From assembly GCA_017499595.2 (NCBI GenBank), contig CM038998.1, positions 1 to 64,000 of the forward strand: a stretch of 64,000 bases of DNA. Direction: 5' to 3'. The notes under the pieces were generated by a model that did not search any database, was not told where the DNA came from, and saw only the letters and a list, made by a program, of their open reading frames with translations. The position numbers and the translations under genes were made by a program. This DNA comes from Psilocybe cubensis. Taxonomy: Eukaryota. Shown here one piece after another: positions 45,178 through 58,700 of the stretch. Each line of letters begins with the position of its first letter. Position 1 is the stretch's first letter.

Positions 45178-48100
45178 TACATTGTGTTAATTGTATGTTT
45201 GTGAATGTGAATATGGATAGTAGATAGATGACACTAAATACTTGAATATGTATTGACTGTGAATACGTGCATTGAATGCAACTATACAGACGGAGCGCAT
45301 ACTTTAATGCAAATGCAGTCTGTGATGTCATGCTATTGACCGCCATTTCAGAAGACTTGACGAGACGTACTTACTTCAAAAGTCACAATCTCGATGCTGG
45401 TCAACACCAAACAAAAGTAGAACCATCGAAATCTGCACTGTTCAAATCTCAACATTCGTGCACACGGAGGGTTTGCCGCAGTTGCGTAACGGTTGCAACT
45501 TGCGTATCGGGACTAGCAAAAGAGAAAAAAGAGGATGTATTTTCGAATGTTGGATGGTAGAGTGTGGCTATTATACGTAACACCCAGAAGGTATATAAAG
45601 GGTACTAGCCTTACTCTTACGACTTGCACTCCCATCTCATGCCACGGACGGTGTGTTGAGCCAAAAAGGTCAGTGGTGTTTCTGGTCAAGGACGGATACT
45701 GACAGCGCACACCACAGGCCCGTCTATGCGAGTGTAGCTGGAGAATGCACGGTGAGTGAGGCCAAGCATGCAAACAATGAGTGTAACTGTACTCACCGCC
45801 TTCTTTGCCAGACGAATACATGTGGTGTGTTGAACCTGTTTCTTAATGTGGGACGCGCTGCTGATGTGTGTTTATGCAGTCACTGACGCGGGTGTAAATG
45901 GTATGTTGAGTTTGCGCGCCTGAACAGGCCTCGTATGGCATCTGACTGTAAGCCGTGCAGCTGATATTGAAGTTGACGACGGCGCTGACGGTGTGCTCCA
46001 CTGCACAGTCGTGAGGATGCGAAAAGGTGAGTGAACGTGCTCGTGCTGACTCCCCGCTCATCGTTGCACAGGGCTCAGCAACAGTGCAGCTGACGACGCA
46101 CCGTGACATTGCTCCCTTGTTGGCAGAGTGCCCGCAGAACGCAAGGCTAAGGTGAGTGTTTGTTGATGATATGCGGGGTTTGAGTTGATGGTGGATGCGT
46201 AGAAAGGCGACACCCCAGCACGATTGCGACTGAGAAGAGGTAAGCAAAAACCTGATGTCTCATACAACAGCACTGATGCACCTTGCCAGGACACCCCCGG
46301 AGCGTGTCGCTCGTCGACCAGACCCTCGCGACCTGTCATTGATGGGGCAAACGATGGTAAGTAACGCACGAAAGAGAAAGAGTTTTACTCACGGAATGCT
46401 CCTGTCGCAGATTTCCCTCATCCCAACACGCTCAATCCAGCAAACGACCCAAAAGATATGGCGACTGGAAGACGGTGAGTAGCGGGGTGCGGAATGCTAG
46501 GTGTTTCGTGAGTGTTGGTTGCAACAAGAGATGTAGGGTTTGAGTTGACGGTGGACGCGCAGAAAGGCGGGCACAATTGCGACTGAGCAGACAACGGTGA
46601 GCAGAGACCTGATGTCTGATACCAACAGCACTGACGCACCTTTTCCAGGACATCCTCATGATGTGTCGCTCGTCGACTAGTGGAGTTGCTTGCCATTGCG
46701 ACCTGCCATTGCTGGAAGGCAAATGTTGGTAAGTAAAGTACAAGGAATAAGTGGTTTACTCACGCAATGCTCATGTAACAGGTCTATCCTGTGTTTGCCT
46801 CAATCCAACACACTCGATCCAGCAAACGACCCAAGGGAGATGGCGACCGGATGACGGCGAGTAGCAGGGTGTAGGATGTTTGATGCTGGATGCGCAGAAA
46901 GGCGGAGACGCTGGCGCGAATGCGACTGAGCAGACAACGGTGAGCAGAGGCTCAATGTCTGGTATCAACATCACTGACACACCTTGCAAGCACACCCCAG
47001 GATGTGTTGCTTTCCATCAAGACCTGCCTCGCAGCACGCCCATCGGTCTTTAGTATACATACGAGATGTGGTGGACCTGTAGACCAGAAATGTTGGTAAG
47101 TAAAGGACAGAGGAGTAATAGAGTTACTCACGGAATCCGCTTTGCAGATCTATGCCGGGTTTACTTTGATCCAACAAGCGACAGGAGGGCAATGGGAGGA
47201 GACTGGAAGAGTGTGAGTAGCAGAGGGCAGGCTGTTAAAAAGACAGACCTCTTTGCTTGCAGTGGCTGTGACACGATGAAGTGAAAAAGGTGAGTTGAAA
47301 GTACAATATTATCTGTGTGTGCAACTTACAAGGAATTTGCCACGCGACAGCCTTTGTTGTTGATCCCGAAGAAGGAATGGAGGTGGTGAGGCTGAAGGTA
47401 AGTAAGTCAACACAATGATTACGACTGATAAACAATACTAATGCACCTTGGCAGGCCATTTTCAACACTGACGCAACCACTGGAATTGCAACGCACGCTC
47501 GCGGTTGCCCCAGCTGGACAGAGGGCGATAGTGGGGATTGAGGATACCGGGGTGAAGGAAAAAACATTACTGAGTGACAGGGAGCGAGGCAATCAGAGAA
47601 GTGGACGGGATGTAACAAGAGACGACAGGGAGGGTAGTCAAGTTGGGTATTATGGGTGAATGGCAGGGAGGACAGAGTGGGATGGTCCAAACGAGAGGAG
47701 AGGACGGTAACGGTAACGGTGGCGCACGCGGATACCCGACCAGGTACCGTGCGTGTTTGTGTTTGAGAATATTGAAGGGGCTTCAAACGGTGAGTAACTA
47801 TGTGCACATCATATTAATATTCTACTCACCAATATGGCCAGCATACCCGGCTGATGTCGTGTTGGACACACTCCGCCGACACAGGCTGCATGCATCCCGG
47901 CACATCCGCATGCTGTTCCTCCTCAAAAACGTGTCGAACGTTGAAGGACCTTGAAAAGGTCAGTGACCTGTTAATGTTGTCATGATGCCGCACTCACCGA
48001 TGTGGCCAGCGTACTCTCACCATGCGGTGCCGCCCACCCACTCATCCACACTACACCTTTCAAAATCGCCTAATATTTGCGCAGCCACATCTATCCCCCT

Positions 48101-50582
48101 GCTCGCCTTGGCTCTCGTTGCTCTCACCACTACAACTGCACTTAGCCTTGCAACACCAGTGAATCCACGGTAGGAGGATCTACCATCTCCATCATGTTCA
48201 CGCACTGACATTGAACGTCCCAATCCGTCGCGTTTGTGATCATTTAGTGAGCATTGCTTGCCCACTGTAGGGGGTTTTTCATGTGTTACACCCGGTCAAG
48301 ATGAGAGGTATCTGTGTTTACCTCTTCATTCCTCTGGTCATAGTACGCTTATGCCTATTTTGTCCAGTCTTTAGCCCGATGACAGTTATAGTGCGCTGTA
48401 AATTTGACATTGAAGGAGTAATGCGTACCTCTTGAACAATTAAACAGTTACATGATTAAATTGAACGAAAGCCATGCGAAAAAGATATTTCCAGTACACT
48501 CGTGTTAATGGGTGCTTCAGTTTCCACCCCACAACACGCAACAAGCCCACGTCTGCACTCCGTGAGTTAAAGCATACATAGATCAAATATTTTTAATCAC
48601 TCAATGTATAACATTTTGATATGCTCTAGAAAACAGCAGTGAAGTGATAGCAATGCGCCGCCGTGTGTGTCAGAGCGGAGTTTGAATGTCCTTGACAACA
48701 GCAAGGACAAACAACTGGACACTTGTCATCTTCCACCACCGTGAACTCTCTGTTCCCCCAGCCACTTAAACAACAGCATGAGAATTGTAGTACGTGACTG
48801 GGCAGATGGGACGCAGGATAGCAAGGTCAAGGCACAGAGGAGCGAGGAGGGGCATCGAGGTGAGTGGTTTGCATTCAATGTTTGTTTTTTTTTGCTTTAG
48901 CGCCTGGAACCGACACTCGGAAATCCCTGAAAGCCTCCGCCTCCATCTCGATTACCTTTATCCCCCTCGCTTCCACACTACTGGAATACACTCTACATCG
49001 ATGCCAGCACAGCTACACAGGGTCCATTTGACATTTTGTGTGCTGCCTGTGTCGTGTCGGATGATCGAGTCTGTAGTTGTACTCTCTAGTGCAGTGGAAA
49101 TGTAGGTTTTGCTATATTACTTTCCCTATGTTATTTCCTGTACAAGTTTATAGAGACATTCATGCGTTATGTGCTACTCCTTTTGTATGACATCGAGCTT
49201 GACACGGACGCCAAGCATCTCTCATCCGGTTTCATCCATTTGCTGGAACCTGTGGGTGTCTCAGTGCCGTCGAGTCAGGTTGTACCAAAAACTTCACACC
49301 TGCACAATACAGCACCCTCACTCTCTCGACTACAATACTGTCGATATCAATGCGGATGCACTACCCTCAATTTCGTGTTTCCCCCCGGAAGGTCTCGGTC
49401 GAGCACACTGTACACCGTCATATGCCTCCCACATCTGCACTCTAGTGCTATTAGGACATGTAACCCCCAACTATTGTTTGCTTCATTGTGTGTTGTGCAC
49501 TTTCCGTCACCTCTACCAGCATCTGTCCATCCCCGTCAGCGTCTCCATGCTCCTCTGTGATTGTTTTGCTCTTCACACCCTCTATACCGATTGTACATGT
49601 GTAGCATTGTCTTAAACGAGAACAAAATAATAGTATGGCTCGCAAAATCAATGCACAGGCACAAATACGGGTAAGATCACTGGCAATACCGCGCGGGGAG
49701 ACGAGGGTACTATTCAAAAGACTCGCTTACCTCAAAATATGCGCATATATGCGCTTCAACATCAAGGGAAGTATATATACAATGATTCTTACGGGTTCGA
49801 TTGACGTGGTCTGGTTTAAACGGAGGTGAGGCTGATCAATCCTGTCGAGAAGCTGGGTGTGCATCCAGGAGGGTTGTACAAAGGCTTTGCGAGTGAGTGG
49901 TTCGACTCGCATGCACATTATTGCTGGCCTTGAGGCACCCCTCTCGCCATATCATTCGCAGTTGTCATTTCCTGTGGTGCGATGCGTTTTTTTGTAAGGG
50001 CTGAACAACCCAAGGCCGCGAAGGAGGAGGATCGCACTTTTTGCAGTTCATTATCCTGCGTGCTTGTACATGTTCGCGCACCATCGTCCAATATACCCTA
50101 AAGCTCAATTCTGGATTACCCACTACAACTCTACAAAATCTGGACTGCAGTACTGTAACTATTTAACATGTAGCTTGCTCTGAGCGCCCAACCGCCGCTT
50201 TGTCAGGTCAGTTCCAGTGTGCGTTGCAACCTATTTGTTAAATATATGCGCGATTTGCTCGGTGTTTATCTCTAGACATGTAACCCCTGTAGAGTTATGG
50301 ATATGAAACTAAATGTTAGAGCCAAACTGCAACAGGTGTATCAACATTTCCCTCGCTTAGAGCGCGAAGGTGACTTTAACAAGGTCAGCTCTAATGTACG
50401 TGGCAGCGGGGAGGCAGCGGCAGCGGCAGATGCGGCAGCAGGGAGGCAGTGGCAGCGGCAGAGGCAGCGGCTACGGGGGTGGCAGTGCAACGACATGCAG
50501 CAGAGTGCATGTCGTTGTTGGCGGCGAGCGAAGGTGGGTTATAATATTGTTGCTGTGGTGCGCGTCAGGAGTCAATGTAAAA

Positions 50583-51142
50583 GCGGAGTTTAAATGCAAT
50601 GACCACAGCATGGACAAACAACTCTGCCGGCGGGGAGGCGGCAGTGGCAGCAGCGGCCAAGGGGTGGCAGTGCAACGACATGCAGCAGCGAGGGAAGGTG
50701 TCGGGGACAGCGAGCAAAGGCATTGGGGGCGGCGAGCAAAGGCGTTGGGCGTAGCAACAGGCGGGAGGCCGGCCTCCAGTGGCTGCCGCGTATAACGCAT
50801 GTACAAATTGAGGCCGGCCTCAGGTGGCCTCGACGCCTTTATTTTTAGACGGAGGCCGGCCTCCAGTGCCTGTCACTGTTTATTTTTAGACGGAGGCCGG
50901 CCTCCAGTGACCTCCATCAATTTGGAGGCCGGCCTCCAGTGGCCTCCATCAATTTGGAGGCCAGCCTCCATAAATTACATGTTTAATTATGTAGCACCTC
51001 CGTATGTACAAAATAAAATATTTTGAAAATGGATTTGGGGGTTTTTGAGGTCAAGGAATCCGAATCTGGCATCAGATTTCAAGAATTCTGAACAGGAGGC
51101 CCAATGCAACGAAGCCCCCCCTTTGGGGGGGAATAAGCCTAG
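50583..51142. repeat. Dispersed repeat with multiple GAGGCCGGCCTC palindromes, copy 1
   Basis: Colinear with about 55108-55744; both end C7-TTT-G7-AATAAGCYTAG. Confidence 0.8.
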
Positions 51143-52109
51143 AACTACAGAGACAATGAAAATATGTGATGTACCCGAGTTCACATCTCAGCGTGAACAT
51201 GTCCAATTTTCAACCATTATTTCTGCACCACGCACCGCCAAGTCTTCAAACGGACATCACAGCACCCAATTGTGTACACCGATGCCCTTCAAATGGCCAA
51301 AATGCATCAAACAGCCGCGGTACATACACCACGTCGTTCTTACGAGCCTGTGCTGTATGACATTGAAAACTTCTTGCAGCCGGCTTCTGGGTTCTGTAGC
51401 ACCAAATCAAAGTTATCTTTGGTATCCGAGTAGTCTATAATAAGATATTTAGTGAATGGAAACGTTTGAAACATTGTAAATCAATGAATCAGGGGAGGAG
51501 GAAATCGGCATTGGTTTGAATATTATGTGAGTTCAATTGTGTTGGGATCAGTTCTGAAGATCAAAACAATATTATTACACTCTCGTAGGCTTATCTATCT
51601 GGTAGGTACACTGTCCAATAACGCAATGTGGAGAGCCAGGCTTCCGGGATGTATACTACGTTTAAATGTACTTAATCTGATTTCATTCAATTTGATTTTC
51701 GTAATGACAAATGCATTGACTAATATTATCTACCGTATACACTCTGTATTGATATCTACAGCTACTGAACCTCTAATGGAGGTCCAAACGTCTTGAATTT
51801 GCATGCCACGTCATTGTATTTTGTATAGTCGTCTCGCAGTTTTACCCCAAAATGAAGCTCTAGTGGCTCTGCATGGGCTTAAAATTGTTTACATTGAGGC
51901 CGGTTGCTTGTGCATTTATCTCAAAATCATGCCTATCGCAAGCTCTGTCTTGCACCTATCCATTCTGCATCTTACTCAATCCGCCGTGAAGTTGCCTGCC
52001 CACGTATTTATAGCTTATGTTCAATGTTTAAATGGTGTTAGACATGATATCATCAAACATAGCAATCTACCAACTACACCAGAACACTGTACTGTGACAT
52101 CCAAATACA

Positions 52110-52317
52110 TTAGTACATACACTCCAACCCTAACCAGCTAAATATTTACTTGTAATTACCAACCCTAACCGGCCTAATCTGTGCTTTTGTGGTATATCGA
52201 GTCCCAACCAACCCTAATGCTAAACCCTAAACCATCCTAATATGTATTTTTGTGGTCACCACCAACCCTAAACTATAAACCCTAACCAACGCTAATATGT
52301 GTTTTGTGATGTAGGTG
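52110..52317. repeat. Dispersed repeat rich in AACCCTAA motifs, copy 2
   Basis: Colinear with 44981-45177. Confidence 0.8.
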
Positions 52318-55107
52318 AGCTCGAGCTGTTGAATAGCGCGCAGTCACTTACCACGTCGTTCTCAGCCACCCGACATTCTCCAAAGGTGAGTCGACACGCC
52401 CAGCGACCTCACCCTATTGTTCTAAACAACCCGCTATAGGTACAGACGCGAACGTAGTTTAGAACCGCGCCGAGGGTATAGGTGAGCATATTTTCCAACT
52501 TGAACCACTTACTGACGCGTGTTGTAGCCTCCTACACATGCGCCGGCTGATGATGGGTCACAACTTGTTGTGGACGGACGGATAAGTAAGCTTAGACTTT
52601 GGCATGGTGAGCAGAGACATACCACATCTCTCTATAACCACCCTGCCATTCTGTGTACGAGTTCTCCTGCTTGCTGACATGCCTAAGCACCGCACAGGTG
52701 AGCCCAAGCTGCTTCATAGCGTTAGGGTTTAAACCGCTGCGCTGAGCTCAAAGAAATTGGTCGAGATGATCTGTAATTCAATGAATTAGCTTGTTTCCAT
52801 TGAGAATTTCATTATACGTACCTTTCTAACGCGATGGGAATAGTATACCATGTAGCAGAATGAAGTGGGTACTCTGACCAGAATTTCACGGTATGAGGAA
52901 CTTAGTTATCATTGCATGAGCTGCCCAATTTTAACTCGAAACAAAACATCGAAATCAACATGAAATGAACAAACTCTGTGCTCAACAAAACATGAAAACA
53001 TATCTATTCAAGATCTACAGACAGACAGGAGTGTAAGATACAGAAGCACGGTGTACATACACTCGGCTAACGCTCGGTTTGCGCTCAAATTGTCTGTTGA
53101 TCCCAAAATTGGACCCTGAAAACAGCACGGTACAACCAAAAAATGGATAGCGTAGTGGGTGTATGTACAGCGGGACCGTGAATCGACTCACTTTTTCTCA
53201 TCTCGCTCCTCCTCCTCTGCCCAGCTCAGAGGGTCTCTCCCCTCTCTCCTCTGCTCTCCAATTTTTTCCTCTTCGCTCCGCGTCCTCTGGCAACCAACAT
53301 CATCATGTGAGCTGGGGGTTTGCCGCAGCGACTGACGACTTTTTTTTGTTTGAATGCCAGGTCATCACCTGTGAAGACCCAAGGTAAGCAAACCAACACA
53401 GACACGTCCAGCGACTCACCTTGACACCCACACAGACCCCTCGACACGACGATGACTTCACCCAAATGCGCCGTGTCGCCGTCGTTGGTGAGTCCTAGTC
53501 ATAAGAAGTGCACACTCACCTCATCCTCACGTGTCTCTTCCAGTCAGCGGCATCTGTGTTGTCTGACACCCATTGGAGGTAAGTAATCGTGCACAGACGT
53601 GTCCAGCTACTCACATTGACAATCCCACGTTGACACATGCAAGCCTCTTTGAAACACACAAGACCCTTCACACGACACCTTGACTATTACCAACCGCGCT
53701 CGTTGGTGAAGATGCGCTGGGGCGCTGTTATTGGTGAGTCCAAGTCACAGTAAACCAAACATGCTGACTGACTCACCTCATCCGACGTGTCTGTTCCTCC
53801 CAGGGTCTTCTTGAATGCCAGGTCATTGTGTTGTATGAGGCCTAGAGGTGAGTAGTCCACGACAGTCGTATCCAACGCACACAAAACCCCTCGAAACAAT
53901 GACCTCGACTATCACTGACCCGTGTTCGCTGTTGAAGATGCACTTCGACGGTGTCATTGGTGAGTGCCAGTCACAATCAAACGGACACGCTCACTGACTC
54001 ACCTCATTCCAACGTGTTTCTTCAAGCCAGTCGTCATATTACTGAACCACAACACCCTTGACGTCTCCACCAGCCAGTCGCTATCGTCTGTTTTTTCAGC
54101 AGGTGAATCTTGAAAATGGTGAGTAGTCATATATCTCTGTCTACATTGGTACTCACAGCTTGCCTAGTTCCATTTCACTCAATGACATCCTCGGGACCCT
54201 CCACACTCATACCCTGTTGTGCTCATCGTCCATACTCCGTGTCATCGTCGAAAACCTGTCGGGGGTAGTCCGAAGCGAGTAGGGAGGGGGGGGGGGGAGG
54301 CGCAATCTTGTGGTGGACAAGGGGAAGCGGGGTTGAGCAGGATTGGATGGTGGGCTCAGGAACAGACACATCGCGATGAGGTGAGTTAGTGAGCGTGTTC
54401 CGTTTACTGTGACTTGGACTCACCATTAACAGCACCATGGCGCATCTTCGCCAGCAAACGTAGGTCAGCGTTGGCCAAGGTTGTCGTTTGAAGAGTCTTG
54501 TGTGCGTCGAAGGGCTTGGATGTGTCAACACGGGATCTGTGTGTTCAGGTAAGTAAATAGACGTGTCTGTGCTAGACTACTCACCTCTCAGCACATTTTG
54601 CCAGCGAACACGGGTCGGTAATAGTCTAGGTTGTCTTATCGAGGGGTCTTGTGTGTGTTGAGGGGCTTTTATGTGTTGACGTGGCGTTTGTGTGTCAAGG
54701 TGAGCAACAAGACATGTCTGTGCTGGACTACTAACCTCTAGGTGTCAGACAACACGTTTGTGTGGGCCTGTGAAGGGTGGGAACGTGGTGGTGCTGGGTG
54801 CGAGCGATGGAAGAGGGAAGAGAGTGTGTGGTCGTGGTTTATGTGGTTCCATGAGAGAACGGTGAAGAGAAAATTAGATCACTCACTGGACATTTGAACC
54901 CATCATCCCCTCCCCAACTGATCCTGCTTCGCTATCCACCAAGCAACCCACACATCTTAAGTGTTTCAAGCTTCTTTTGCCTTCTGTTTGAATTGTTGTA
55001 TTCAAGGTAGAGTTGGGTTGAGATGGCTAAAGGGGAAGTGTGATGTTGGGGAACAGATTTGCTGTATTATTTGTGAACCCTGAAGCGCACGATTGACACG
55101 AGAGGTT

Positions 55108-55744
55108 CGGAGTTTGAATGTCCTTGACAACAGCAAGGACAAACAACGCGACTCTTGGGCAGCGAGTATTGGCGGCGGCAGCGGCAGCGACTGCGGCTGC
55201 ATGGAGGTGGCGGCGGCAGCAGCGGCCCGGGGGTAGCGGCGCAATGATGCAAAGCGGCGAGCAAAGACGTCGGGCAGGTAGCAAGGGCATGCGTCGGGAC
55301 GGCAAGCGCAGGCGTCGGGGGCAGTGAGACAGGCGGGAGGCCGGCCTCCAGTGGCTGGCGCGTACGAGTGGAGGCCGGCCTCCACTCACACGTACGACGC
55401 GCGTACAAATCGAGGCCGGCCTCAGGTGGCCTCGACACATTTATTTTTAGACAGAGGCCGGCCTCCAGTGCCTGTCAAAGTTATTTTTAGACGGAGGCCG
55501 GCCTCCAGTGACCTCCATCAATTTGGAGGCCGGCCTCCAGTGGCCTCCATCAATTTGGAGGCCGGCCTCGGTAAAATACACATTTAATTATGTAGCACCT
55601 CCGTATGTACAAAATAAAATATTTTGAAAGTGGATTTGGGGGTTTTTGGGGTCCAGAAATCCGAATCTGCCATCAGATTTTAGGAATTCTGAACAGGAGG
55701 CCCAATGCAACGAAGGCCCCCCCTTTGGGGGGGAATAAGCTTAG
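55108..55744. repeat. Dispersed repeat with multiple GAGGCCGGCCTC palindromes, copy 2
   Basis: Colinear with about 50583-51142. Confidence 0.8.
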
Positions 55745-58700
55745 GGAAGTGACCTTTTCCTCCGTCGTCGTTGACTGCTTCTCCCTGCGCCGCGAGTCGT
55801 CAGTGCTTCAGCACCCATGGTTTGTCGTGGGCAAAGTAAGAGGTGACGCCATGTTTGTTCTTGTTGTGCAAGAAGTGGATGAGCGGATGCAAACACAGCG
55901 GCGTTGGTTCCTACACTCTACACTCATTGCGTCCATATCAGAACACATGTAGGAGAAGCGGGAAAACATACCAATTATCATATATATTTTGACGAAACTC
56001 GCCTTGATGTTCCCCGGACTGTGTGAATTTGGGCCATCAAGACAGTCAGAAAGTGGTAGTAATGCTGTGCGAGACAGAAAGTATGGTTAGTTATGACTTT
56101 GAGATGGATGTCAGCTGAGGGATAATCAGAACCGAGACACTTACCAATGGTGCGTTCTCCTCATCGACTTCATTTTCCCGGTTTGCGGTGCGATGGTGGT
56201 GGATCGGACTGCCCACACACCCTGATACAATTGTGAATGGTGTTGAACCGTTTTCTGCTGCCGGAGGTTGCTACCGACAGCACAATCGAGCGGGGACGGA
56301 ATTCACTGAAGAACAATGATGTACCTCAAATCTTGGATTACTGTATAAGTGCACTCCTATCCGTTTACTGCAACAGATTTAGCGGTTATTGGTGAAGCTC
56401 CAGATACGTTTAAAATCATCGAGGCAGGGTTCATTGACCGCCAACTTCGACGATCGGTCAGTGTTTCTCCTTCAACTTTCTATCTTGTCGGCATTGTCTC
56501 CTTGATGCTTCCAGATAGCAACTACTCTTCGAAACCAATTATCTCAGCGTACATTCTGTGGGAGACGGGACCTCTCTATCAGGGTTAGTACCTCAGACGA
56601 GCGGCAGATGGATCATGGAGCTGTGTGAGCCTAGCTGTAGTGCTTTCACAAAGAAAGAGTAAGCAATTGACACATACATGCATATCCTCTTCTGTTCCCT
56701 CCAATATTCATGTCTCCCAACTTCATCGTTTGACTCTGCACACCTTCCCTCTTTGTGATCCCACTTTTTCTTGCTCTGTCAATCTCCCCCGTTCATCCAA
56801 TTCCCACATAATTCACAAAGGTACCCATCATTGCATCCATCCCCCCGCACTCTCCCAAATCCAGATATGCAAATGTTAAACCTCAACTATTTCATCTAGA
56901 CGAGTGATGGAATTATGACACGATTTTCCGTTGAAAAAGCAAACATTGAGAAATAGAGTTGTACTCACTAGTTTTGGGCCTTTCTTTATGTTGTAGTGCT
57001 TACATTCTGAGTGTGCGAACAGCCTATTGGATGACATTCTGATAAAATTAGCACAGACCGTGGTAAATTTAAACTCGTGTCGTGGTAAAGCTGTGGTCAA
57101 GTCGTGGTTTCATCAAAACCAATGGTGTACGTGTTGGTATTATCCTAGGGTGGTCTCTCTAAAGATGGTCTTCCGTAAAGCAGTTATTTCAACAGATGGT
57201 TAAGGGCGCAATTCTTCCAGATAATCTGAAATTTAACTGAGTTTATATCGGCCTATCACGGCAAAGCATATTTTGTCTTGCTGTGGGTGTTTCCAGCACC
57301 TTTACTTAGATTATTTTGATGCAGAAGGAGCCGAGATAAGTTGGAAACAAAAAAATCTGAGAAAAAATGACAAAAGTTGTTTGAAAGTGAACAGGACTTG
57401 GTATAGGTTCATATAAACCGGGTATTACTGTATCATTGATAAGAAAACCATTTGATACAGCAATGTATACCTAGGTCACAGTACGACCACACCAAAGTAC
57501 GTTGTTCAACCAAGGGTGTATGTACTAATGACTAAGTCCTTCATTACAAAACCTGACATAAATGTACGTATCAAAGTTCTAGTCTTGCTATTTTTGTAGC
57601 GACCAAATCCTGAAGCCGGACACTTCGCATTTTCAACGGAAAATCGTGTCATATGGAATGGACATTCCACTGCGACTCCTCGTGAAGGTTTCGTTGCGGC
57701 GCAGATCAGATTCACCATCCCTTACTCCCCGTTCAAGCGATACACATATCACGATTATTTCAAGTCCGACGAGATCAGGTAGGCGTTTGTGTGCTCTCTG
57801 CCGAGGTCGCGGTATCTCCCGCTGCTTAGAAGCGCTTTTAATCTGTATTCATGTGTGTTGAAGCGCAGGTATCAATATGTACTTGTTATAATACTCGCTG
57901 CCTTGACAATTTGCGTTTTAAATTGTGCTCACTCTGTGCTATCACTTAGAACGAAAAATCTGGTTGCATGTCTCCTGTATTGCTCTCGAGGCAATGTCTC
58001 AACTATCTTGAGGCTAACTAAACAAACTGATTCCGGGCACGATATCGAGCGCTTGGATATCAGAATCAAGATCTACACTCTGCAAGCGGTCCAGCCTGAA
58101 AGCTACTCTGATACACGTGCCGCCTTGCAACGTTTCCATCACTTCAGCTCAATCTCGCTCTTATATTACAGTGTATTCTCGGACATGTCACATATCAGAG
58201 GGCCCTCTGCAGTGATATCAATTAAAACTCGACGAGACACACGGAGACTCGGCCCATCTCCCTCTCGTAATGCCTCTCCCAGGCGCAAACCCTGCACAAA
58301 AAACAAATTTCATTATTCGTGCTCCCCCAAAGCGATCCGAGAAAGTCAACGTAACACGTGTATATGGGTACGTGCTTTGTTTGTTGACTGCATCTCCTCA
58401 TCCCCTCTCCGCTGTCCCCTCCTCTCCCCTCCTGTCCTCTGCACTGCTACAGCGCAACAGCATCCCAAGTCGTCGCTTTCCACCCTCAATTTGATGTCGC
58501 GGATCAGCTCCTTGTATGGTACGCAGTGGACTGCATGACGGATGGGTGAGTCGGGCAGGGTTGCATTTGACAGTGCGCTGACGGTGTGTTTTACAGATTC
58601 GGACGGGTCGGTGAGTCTTACACGGTCTTTTCTCGAACAACTCCAACATTGAATTTGACATAGAGTAACTCCAAACACATTGACAGCCTCCCAACATCTC

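Noticed and set aside
57789-58538. 249-aa ORF
   Set aside because: Non-ATG start, no recognisable motif, and composition typical of a chance ORF.
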